From assembly GCA_040386535.1 (NCBI GenBank), contig JAZKFH010000063.1:1-64000 (forward strand): a DNA stretch of 64,000 nucleotides. Direction: 5' to 3'. Position 1 is the first letter of the stretch. Every line of letters begins with the position of its first letter. Below, in pieces: positions 54,895-64,000 of the stretch. A program made the translations under genes and the position numbers. This DNA comes from Myxococcota bacterium. GTDB taxonomy: Bacteria; Myxococcota_A; UBA796; SXON01. The notes under the pieces were generated by a model. That model was not told where the DNA came from. It was given only the letters and a program-made list of their open reading frames with translations, and ran no database searches.

Positions 54895-57800
54895 GTGCTC
54901 ACCCCCCCGTTCAAGACGTCGAGGAGCTTCTGGTACTGAAATCCTTCGGCGAGGTGGCGCAGGCCCGACGCGACCGCGGGATCCCGCCCCTGGACACCCT
55001 CGATTTGTTCCAGCAGTTGGTCGAAATCCGCCGTGAGGACGGCGTCCCGCATCGCCTGGAGGATGTCCTCCGGCCAACCCACCAGCGACTCCGCGGTGAG
55101 CTCCGCCGTCTCCACCCGTACGATGGGATCCTCCGAGAAGACGTATTCCACCCCGAGGTGGGTGTGCATCTTCTGGAACAGCTCCATCTCCCGGAACGGC
55201 TTGCTGATGAAGTCGTCCGCGCCGATCGCCATCAGCTCCTGGCGATTCCCCAACATCACGCTGGCGGTGACCGCGATGATCTTGGTGGCGTCGCCCCCGG
55301 GCATGGCCCGGATGCGGCGAATCGCCTCGTCCCCGTTCATCACCGGCATGCGGTAGTCCATCAAGATGAGGTTGGGCCGCCAGGCTTCGAATTCTCGGAC
55401 GGCCTCCTCCCCGTTGGTCGCCAGGCGAATCTCGAAGCCGAGGGGGGCGAGGAGGTGCTCCAGGAGCTGCCGGTTGTCGTCCACGTCGTCGGCGATCAGC
55501 ACCCGGAAGCTCGCCTGCCCGACCTGCAGCCCCATGACACGTTGCGGCTCATCCTTGGCAGCAACCCCGTGCGCGTCCCCTTCCACGAGGGGCAAGTTGA
55601 TCACGAACATGCTCCCCTTGCCAACCTGGCTCGTCACCGTGATGGCGCCGCCCATGAGGCGAACGAATTCCTGGCTGATGGCCAGGCCCAACCCGGTCCC
55701 GGTCCCGGACTGTTGTCCGGTCTTCGTCTGCTCGAAGTGTCGGAACAACTTGCCGAGCTCCTCCTGGGAGATGCCCGGGCCGGTGTCCTCGATCTCCACC
55801 TGCAGGAACGCTCCCGCCGCGCCGTCTTGTTTGGCCCCGACGCGCACGCCGACGCCGCCGTGCTCGGTGAACTTGACGGCGTTGCCGAGCACGTTGATGA
55901 AGACCTGGCGCAGCTTGTTGATGTCGGAGACGATGAATCGAGGGACCTTGCCGACCATCTCGACGTAGAACATCAACTTCTTCTCGTCCGTACGGACGCG
56001 GAACATCATCTCCAGGTCACTGAGCAGTACGGGCAGGTCGAACGTGGCGAGGTTCAGGGTGGTGCGGCCCGCCTCGATCTTGGACATCTCGAGGATGTCG
56101 TTGATGAGGGCAAGCAGATGTTCGCCGCTACGATTGATGGTCCCCAGGTACTGACACTGGCGTGGGGTGAGGTCCTGGTCACGCAGCATCAACTGGGAGA
56201 ACCCGAGGATGGCGTTCATGGGCGTACGGATCTCGTGCGACATGTTTGCCAGGAAAACGCTCTTCGCCCGGTTCGCCTGCTGGAGCGACTCTTCGTAGCG
56301 CTTTCGCTCGGTGACGTCGCGGGCGGCGGCGAACACACCTTGCAGCTTGCGATCGCGGTCGTGGAACGTGGACGCGTTGTAGGAAACCACGGTCTCCTTG
56401 CCGTCCCGGTGGCGCGCGGTGAGCTCGTAGTCCGTGATCTTGCGTTCGTTCAGCACCAGCCGGATGCCGGCCTGGGCTCGCTCCGGGTCCGTGAAGTAGT
56501 CCTTGAACGGGGCGCCAATCAGCTCGTCGCGCGTGCAGCCGGTGAGGGCCTCCATCTGCTTGTTCACGTCGGTGATGATGCCACGGAGGTCCGTGGTGAT
56601 CAGGGCATCGATGTTGGATTCGATGAGCGAGCGCGTGTAGAACTGTTGATCCCGGACGCGCTGATCGAGGATCAGGCGCTCCGCCTCCACCTGTTGGCGC
56701 GCGGTATTGTCGGTGCCGATCAGGAGGTATCCGATGATCCCGCCCTGGGCGTCCCGCAGGGCCGTGACGGACACGATGGCCGGAAAGCGGCTGCCATCCT
56801 TGCGGATGTAGGTCAGCTCGTAGATGTCCTCGATCCCACGCGAGGCCTTGAAGACCAACGCCTCGAAGCCGGGGGTGATCCGGGTGCCGAGCTCGGCGCT
56901 CAGGGCCTTGGCGCGCGAGATGACCTCCTGCGGATCGGAGATGTCGGCCGGCGTGATCTTGTCGACCACGTCGATCGCCTCGTACCCCAGCATGCGCTGG
57001 GCCCCGACGTTGAAGATCTGGATGACCCCCTTCTCGTCGGTGGCGATACTCGAGAAGTTGGCGCTGTTGAAGATCGCGCTCTGGAGGGCCCCGGCCTTGA
57101 GCAGCTCCTCTTCCGCGAGCTTGCGCGCGGTGTTGTCCGTGCCGATCAGCAGGTAGCCGATGATCGCGCTCTGGTCGTCGCGGAGCGCGGTGACCGACAC
57201 GACCGCCGGGAAGCGGCTGCCGTCCTTTCGGATGTAGGTGAGCTCGTAGATGTCCTCGATGCCGCGCGCGGCCTTGAAGACCAGCGCCTCGAACCCGGGG
57301 GTGATCGTGGTCGCGAGCTCGACGCTCAACGCGGCGGCGCGGGCGATGACCTCCTGCGGATCGGAGATGTCCGCGGGGGTGATCTTGTTCATCACCTCGA
57401 ACGCGGCGTAGCCCAGCATGCGCTCGGCCCCGACGTTGAAGATCTGGATGACGCCCTTCTCGTCCGTCGCGATGCTGGAGAAATTGGCGCTGTTGAAGAT
57501 CGCGCTCTGGAGGGCGCCGGCCTTGAGGAGGGCTTCTTCCGCCCGCTTGCGCGCGGTGTTGTCCGTGCCGATCAGCAGGTAGCCGATGATCGCGCTCTGG
57601 TCGTCGCGGAGCGCGGTGACCGACACGACCGCCGGGAAGCGGCTGCCGTCCTTTCGGATGTAGGTGAGCTCGTAGATGTCCTCGATGCCGCGCGCGGCCT
57701 TGAAGACCAGCGCCTCGAACCCGGGGGTGATCGTGGTCGCGAGCTCGACGCTCAACGCGGCGGCGCGGGCGATGACCTCCTGCGGATCGGAGATGTCCGC

Positions 57801-58364
57801 GGGGGTGATCTTGTTCATCACCTCGAACGCGGCGTAGCCCAGCATGCGCTCGGCCCCGACGTTGAAGATCTGGATGACGCCCTTCTCGTCCGTCGCGATG
57901 CTGGAGAAGTTGGCGCTGTTGAAGATCGCGCTCTGGAGGGCACCGGCCTTGAGGAGCGCCTCTTCCGCACGCTTGCGCGGGGTCACGTCTTCCATGGCGA
58001 GCACGAGCAGCTCGCCGTGGTGGCCCGCCTGGAGCTTGCGGGCGTTGAGCAGCATCACCCGGCGACCGATCACCGGGAACGTGTGCTCCAGCTCGAAGTC
58101 GGCGAAGTCGGAGCTCTTGGGTACGATGTCCTCGAGCAGGGTCCGCAGGTCGGGGATGTCCCACTGCCCGTTGCCCAATTCGTAGATGAGGCGGCCCTCG
58201 GTCTCTCCGGGCGAGACGTGGAAGGTCTGGTAGAACGCGCGGTTGGCGGACCGCACCCGCAGGGTTGCGTCGAGGATCAGCAGGGGCTCGCGCACTGTGT
58301 CGACGATGTTCTGCGCGTAGGTCTCAATCTCGTCGACCAACGGCCGTTGTTCGGTCATCGCCAT
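54891..58364 (-). CDS. Multi-PAS hybrid histidine kinase (PAS x5, HisKA, HATPase, REC)
   Basis: FLANMSHEIRTP, NAVKFT, DTGPGI and GTGLGL motifs, a REC domain, and three 142-aa PAS repeats. Confidence 0.93.
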   Translation of the reverse strand: MAMTEQRPLVDEIETYAQNIVDTVREPLLILDATLRVRSANRAFYQTFHVSPGETEGRLIYELGNGQWDIPDLRTLLEDIVPKSSDFADFELEHTFPVIGRRVMLLNARKLQAGHHGELLVLAMEDVTPRKRAEEALLKAGALQSAIFNSANFSSIATDEKGVIQIFNVGAERMLGYAAFEVMNKITPADISDPQEVIARAAALSVELATTITPGFEALVFKAARGIEDIYELTYIRKDGSRFPAVVSVTALRDDQSAIIGYLLIGTDNTARKRAEEALLKAGALQSAIFNSANFSSIATDEKGVIQIFNVGAERMLGYAAFEVMNKITPADISDPQEVIARAAALSVELATTITPGFEALVFKAARGIEDIYELTYIRKDGSRFPAVVSVTALRDDQSAIIGYLLIGTDNTARKLAEEELLKAGALQSAIFNSANFSSIATDEKGVIQIFNVGAQRMLGYEAIDVVDKITPADISDPQEVISRAKALSAELGTRITPGFEALVFKASRGIEDIYELTYIRKDGSRFPAIVSVTALRDAQGGIIGYLLIGTDNTARQQVEAERLILDQRVRDQQFYTRSLIESNIDALITTDLRGIITDVNKQMEALTGCTRDELIGAPFKDYFTDPERAQAGIRLVLNERKITDYELTARHRDGKETVVSYNASTFHDRDRKLQGVFAAARDVTERKRYEESLQQANRAKSVFLANMSHEIRTPMNAILGFSQLMLRDQDLTPRQCQYLGTINRSGEHLLALINDILEMSKIEAGRTTLNLATFDLPVLLSDLEMMFRVRTDEKKLMFYVEMVGKVPRFIVSDINKLRQVFINVLGNAVKFTEHGGVGVRVGAKQDGAAGAFLQVEIEDTGPGISQEELGKLFRHFEQTKTGQQSGTGTGLGLAISQEFVRLMGGAITVTSQVGKGSMFVINLPLVEGDAHGVAAKDEPQRVMGLQVGQASFRVLIADDVDDNRQLLEHLLAPLGFEIRLATNGEEAVREFEAWRPNLILMDYRMPVMNGDEAIRRIRAMPGGDATKIIAVTASVMLGNRQELMAIGADDFISKPFREMELFQKMHTHLGVEYVFSEDPIVRVETAELTAESLVGWPEDILQAMRDAVLTADFDQLLEQIEGVQGRDPAVASGLRHLAEGFQYQKLLDVLNGGVST
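56693..57970. repeat. Three tandem 426-bp PAS-coding repeats
   Basis: GTTGAAGATCGCGCTCTGGAGGG recurs at 57066, 57492 and 57918. By eye, 57121-57482 is identical to 57547-57908. Confidence 0.9.
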
Positions 58365-58379
58365 CCTTGTGCGTGTTCG

Positions 58380-58753
58380 CTATCTGTTCGCATCCACCTG
58401 TCCGACCCGCTCGAGCAGATCGTCGATGTCGTAGTTTCCCTTCACGAAGTACTCGAGCGCGGCGAGCTTGCAGGCGCTGCGGATGCTCGCCGGATCGCCG
58501 TCCGCCGTCATCATCCAGACCGGGGTGCGCGCGACCCTCTCGTTGGACATGGACCGGATCCGCGCAAGCACCGCGAAGCCATCCAGGTCGGGCATGGAGA
58601 TGTCGAGCAGGATGAGGTCCGGCCGCTCCGCCTCCACCCGCGCCAGCGCCTCGAGACCGCCCCCTACCTCGATCGACCTGTGACCAGCGCTCGTGAGCGC
58701 GCTCGCGAGGAGCATCCGAAGATCGGCGCTGTCGTCGACGATCATTACTTTGA

Positions 58754-58757
<4 letters not shown>
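58380..58757 (-). CDS. Single-domain response regulator
   Basis: MIKVMIVDD…PDLILLDISMP.LDG…MTA…YFVKG. Confidence 0.88.
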
Positions 58758-60475
<1,718 letters not shown>

Positions 60476-60703
60476 CTCGGACTCGCGGAGGGGCAACACG
60501 GTCGGAGCGGGGGAAACGAAGGGCAGGGCGTGGCCGGGGGTGCAGGCAGACAGATAAGAGGTCTGCGCCGCGGCATCCACCAGACCCAGGTCGCGCCTCG
60601 GTCCGCGAGGGGCCCGGCGGGCGGCCGCGCGGGCGCGGCCGGTTCGGCACCCGGCGCGTGAGCGCCGCCGTGCCAACCAAGCGAAGCGCGCCCAGAGGGG
60701 CCC

Positions 60704-60726
60704 GGCCCCGCCGCATCGGCGGGGCC
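60704..60726 (-). terminator. GC-rich hairpin downstream of glnA
   Basis: GGCCCCGCCG-N3-CGGCGGGGCC, 20 nt after the stop; no U-tract. Confidence 0.45.
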
Positions 60727-60746
60727 GCGGCCAACTGACACAAAAG

Positions 60747-62186
60747 CTAGAACTGGCTCCAGAGGAACTGGTTCGTCACCTCGTGGTGGAACTGCACCTC
60801 CGCCGGCTTGACCAACGTACCGAGCGCCTTCGGGCACCGCTCCGCCTGGGCCAGCTTGAGCTCCGCGTACCGCTCGGCCGCGTTCTCCCCAATCAACTCG
60901 GGAACGTAACGGCTCGCCTTGAACACCCGGAGCGCGTCCTGGATGTTGGAGGGGAGGAAGCGCGTGCGCTCGCGGCGGTTGTCGTCACCCTTGCCGACCG
61001 GGCCTTCGAGGCCGGTGCGGAGGAGGGTGTAGATGACCATGTACGGGTTGGTGTCCGGTGCGACCGAGCGCACCTCGACGCGGGTGCTCCGCTCGTTGCC
61101 GAAGGGGATGCGCACCATGGCGCCGCGGTTGTTGGCCGAGGCCTTGATTTGGTTGGGCGCCTCGAAGTGCGGATCCAGGCGACGGTAGGCGTTGACGCTC
61201 GGGTTGAGGATGAGGCACAGGTCGTTCGCGTTGTTGAGGATGCGATCGACGAAGTCCCAACCCAGGGCGGAGAGGTTGTCCTTTCCGTCCTTGTCCCAGA
61301 ACAGGTTCTTGCCGCCGCGCGAGATCGACATGTTGGTGTGCATGCCGCTGCCGTTGATGCCCGCGACCGGCTTGGGGAGGAAGCTGGCGGTGCAGTCGTG
61401 CTGGGCGGCCACCTGGCGACAGAGCAGCTTGTACAGCTGGATCTGATCGGACGCGATGAGCGCGTCGGTGTAGGTGTAGTTCATCTCGAATTGGGAGGGG
61501 GCCACCTCCGGGTGGTCCTTCTCGTTCTGGAAACCCATCGCGCGCTGCACCTCGGCGGCCGCGTCGATGAACTTGCGGAGGGGATCGCCGGGGAGGGAGT
61601 GGTAGTAGCCGCCCGTGGAGAGGAACTCGAACTTGCCGGTCTCGTGGTAGCGACGCTCGGCGTCCTTGCCCTTGAAGAGGAAGCCCTCGACCTCGTTCGC
61701 GGCATGACACACCGTGCCGTCCTTGGCGTACATGGCATCGGTGTAACGGCGGAGCTGGGCGCGCATGTCGGCGGCGTACGGCGTGCCGTCACGGCCCAAC
61801 ACCTCACCGAACACGAGGACCTTGCCGGGGCCGAACACGTCGGAGGGGAGCCAATAGAACGACGCCCAATCGATCTCGAGGCGCAGATCGCTCTCGTGCT
61901 GGGCGGAAAAGCCGCGGATCGACGATCCGTCGAACGTGAGGTTGTCGGCCGACTTGAGCAGGAACTTCTTGTCGTAGTCGAGCATGTGCAGCCGGCCTTC
62001 GAGGTCGGTGAAACACACGGTGACGGCCTTGATCCGCTTCTCGTCGGTGAGATAACGAACACGCGCCTCGCGCACCTTGTCGGCGGGGACACGATCCGTG
62101 CGGTCCTTCTTCGCCGCGAGGTTCATCTCCTCGAGCTTGTCGTACGGGATCTCGAGGAAATCGCGGAGGGGGGAGGACTCGGGCAT
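60747..62186 (-). CDS. glnA: Glutamine synthetase
   Basis: FDGSSI.GF, HPEVAP.Q.E, PKP..G.NGSGMH, YRRL.P.FEAP, R.AMVRIP and EVR motifs; AGGAG RBS. Confidence 0.95.
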   Translation of the reverse strand: MPESSPLRDFLEIPYDKLEEMNLAAKKDRTDRVPADKVREARVRYLTDEKRIKAVTVCFTDLEGRLHMLDYDKKFLLKSADNLTFDGSSIRGFSAQHESDLRLEIDWASFYWLPSDVFGPGKVLVFGEVLGRDGTPYAADMRAQLRRYTDAMYAKDGTVCHAANEVEGFLFKGKDAERRYHETGKFEFLSTGGYYHSLPGDPLRKFIDAAAEVQRAMGFQNEKDHPEVAPSQFEMNYTYTDALIASDQIQLYKLLCRQVAAQHDCTASFLPKPVAGINGSGMHTNMSISRGGKNLFWDKDGKDNLSALGWDFVDRILNNANDLCLILNPSVNAYRRLDPHFEAPNQIKASANNRGAMVRIPFGNERSTRVEVRSVAPDTNPYMVIYTLLRTGLEGPVGKGDDNRRERTRFLPSNIQDALRVFKASRYVPELIGENAAERYAELKLAQAERCPKALGTLVKPAEVQFHHEVTNQFLWSQF

Positions 62187-62267
62187 TGGGGGCTCCTGAA
62201 GACGCGCCCCTCTTAGATGCTGGCCGGGTCCCTGTCGAGGGTGGCGGGAGCTACACATGAAGATTTT

Positions 62268-62295
62268 TAGGCTTGTCGTTGAAGCGACAAGCCTA
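62268..62295. promoter_or_regulatory. Perfect 11-bp inverted repeat between divergent glnA and copC
   Basis: TAGGCTTGTCG-N6-CGACAAGCCTA. Confidence 0.55.
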
Positions 62296-62343
62296 CGGGA
62301 GCGCGGAGATGGCGCTCGGTGGGCGGGTGCTTACGTGTTCTCC

Positions 62344-62688
62344 ATGTTGCCCGCCGCGCTCTTCGCCGCGTCGATGTCCTCCTGGGTGGTCCCTCCCGCC
62401 GCCGCCCACGCGCGCCTGGTCGAGAGTGTGCCGGCCGAGGGCGCGGTGCTCGCCACGCCCCCGGCGACGCTGGTGTTCCGCTTCGACGGCGCGGTGGAGC
62501 CGGCCCTGACCCGGGTGGTGCTGCATGGGCCCACGGACGTCGTGCTCCCGCCGCTCCGGGGCGACGATCCGCGCCGGGTGGTGGTGACCGCGCCGACGGG
62601 CCGCCCCGGCGACTGGTGGGTCACGTGGCGGGTGGTGTCGCGGGACGGCCATCCGGTCACGGGCGAGCTCCGCTTCGTCGTGCGGTAG
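62344..62688 (+). CDS. copC: Copper resistance protein CopC
   Basis: Signal followed by H1 (AHARLVES.P) and V.WRVVS.DGH…G…F. Confidence 0.88.
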   Translation: MLPAALFAASMSSWVVPPAAAHARLVESVPAEGAVLATPPATLVFRFDGAVEPALTRVVLHGPTDVVLPPLRGDDPRRVVVTAPTGRPGDWWVTWRVVSRDGHPVTGELRFVVR

Positions 62689-62690
62689 GG

Positions 62691-63479
62691 GTGGAGCACC
62701 TCCTCGACGGCGCGCTGGCGCACGCGGCGGCGGTCTTCGGGCTCGCGCTGGGGACGGCGCGGGAGACGTGGCGGGCGGCGACGGGCGCGGAGCCTGGGGA
62801 GGGAGGGGGGCTGCGGCGCCTCGCACCCGCGCTGCTCGGGGTGGCGGTGGGGCTCCATCTGATCGTGGGAATCGTGGTGGTGGACAAGCCATTCGTGGCA
62901 GCGGTCACGACGCTGCTGCGCGACACCTTCTACGGGGCGAGCCTGGGCGTGTTCGCGGCGGCGTCGCTGGGGACGGTGACGCTGCGCGGCCGGTGGCGGG
63001 GGCTCGCGGCCCTCGGGGCGGCGTGGGGGCTGGCGCGGCTGGGACACGCCGCGTCAGCGGGCACCTGGAGCGCCGCGATGGTGTGGACGACGCTGCACAT
63101 CGTGGCGGCGGTGGTGTGGTTGGGCGGGCTCGGGATGGCGGTCTGGGGAGGGGCGCGGGACGTGCGGCGCTTCGGGAGGGTCGCGCTCGGGTGTGTGGGG
63201 GTGTTGGGAATCACGGGCGGGCTGCGGACGGCGCAGCTCGTGGGGGCGGGGTGGGATCGGCTCGGGGACGGGCCGGAAGGCGTGACGTGGATCGCCGCGC
63301 TGCTGATGAAGGGGGGCGTGGTGGGGGTCGCGCTGGTGTGCGCGTGGCGGGCGCGGCGGGCGCTGCGGACCGACGGCTCAGCCGCAGCGGTCACGGCGGC
63401 GGCGGTCACGGGCGAGCTCTACGCGGTGGGGATCGTCGTGATCCTCGCCGCGCTGCTGGCCCGGTTGCCGACCCCCTGA
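62691..63479 (+). CDS. copD: CopD-like membrane protein
   Basis: GHAA, LH..AA.VWLGG, RRF and TG motifs; directly after copC. Confidence 0.75.
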   Translation: MEHLLDGALAHAAAVFGLALGTARETWRAATGAEPGEGGGLRRLAPALLGVAVGLHLIVGIVVVDKPFVAAVTTLLRDTFYGASLGVFAAASLGTVTLRGRWRGLAALGAAWGLARLGHAASAGTWSAAMVWTTLHIVAAVVWLGGLGMAVWGGARDVRRFGRVALGCVGVLGITGGLRTAQLVGAGWDRLGDGPEGVTWIAALLMKGGVVGVALVCAWRARRALRTDGSAAAVTAAAVTGELYAVGIVVILAALLARLPTP

Positions 63480-63504
63480 AGGCATCTTGACGGTGTAAAG
63501 ATCA

Positions 63505-64000
63505 TCACTCCGCGATCACCTCGGCGCCGCCCGCGGCCGCCAACGCCGCCTCGATGCGGGGGGCCTCCTCGGGGGAGCAGCCCTCCACGACCACGAGGAT
63601 GTCGGACCGCCCGGCCACCCGCCGCCACGCCGGGCGGGGCCGCTCGGGCACGAACCACCCCACCACCGCGCCGAGGAGGGCGCCCGCCATGGATCCGGCG
63701 TTGGGGCCGAGGAGCTGCGCCAGGAGCACCACGGAGGGCGGATTGCGCCCGGGGAGGATGACCACCGCGACGCCGACGGCCGCGCCCACCACCAGGCCGA
63801 TCACGGCGCCCGCGCCGGCCCCGGGAAGGGTTTGCCGCCGCCCGGCCCGCGCCCGCCGTCCGTACCAGCGCCGCGCGCCCTCGGGCGAGACGACGACCTC
63901 GATGCGATCGCGGGGCACCCCGCCCAACTCCAGGTGCAGGATGGCGTCCTCCACCGCGCCCTCGCGCTCGAAGAACGCGGACACGGCCACACGGTGGGAC
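63505..64000 (-). CDS. Membrane protein, general-stress/YflT-like; 5' end probably outside the window
   Basis: A.F……E.AI..L…G…..I.VV and a Gly-rich TM pair; the frame is open to the window edge. Confidence 0.55.
   Translation of the reverse strand, partial: SHRVAVSAFFEREGAVEDAILHLELGGVPRDRIEVVVSPEGARRWYGRRARAGRRQTLPGAGAGAVIGLVVGAAVGVAVVILPGRNPPSVVLLAQLLGPNAGSMAGALLGAVVGWFVPERPRPAWRRVAGRSDILVVVEGCSPEEAPRIEAALAAAGGAEVIAE

Noticed and set aside
60661..60680. Sigma54 promoter (TGGCAC on the minus strand)
   Set aside because: The -12 GC is mis-spaced by one base and lacks the TTGC consensus.

Overview
A GC-rich (roughly 70% by eye) chromosomal window, most likely from a Myxococcota-type bacterium: it has two MYXO-CTERM proteins, MopE-like metal-binding repeats, a myxobacterial TolB-like protein and a vWA lipoprotein. 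Housekeeping content includes pdhABC-lpdA, apaG, an MlaEEFD ABC system, pfkA, purB, folB with a RibD-C protein, dps, egtBD, glnA and copCD. It also carries many surface lipoproteins (two CotH kinases, a PI-PLC, a lipase and a flavoprotein), an alkB-tetR pair and a four-gene PAS-kinase/PP2C signalling cluster. The most unusual part is the first 2.5 kb. A lower-GC gene pair ends in an RNxxxH (HEPN-like) protein. It is followed by a hairpin-dense non-coding stretch, then about 14 tandem 43-44 bp units each holding two palindromes, and then an orphan bacteriocin-immunity-like gene; an imperfect direct repeat brackets the array. Window-wide patterns are ultra-short lipoprotein signal peptides with no basic n-region, apparent leaderless promoters, ATGTATCA palindromes on both sides of alkB-tetR, and several enzymes with substituted catalytic residues. 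No rRNA, tRNA, CRISPR array, integrase or transposase was recognised. All calls come from reading motifs by eye, with no database searches.
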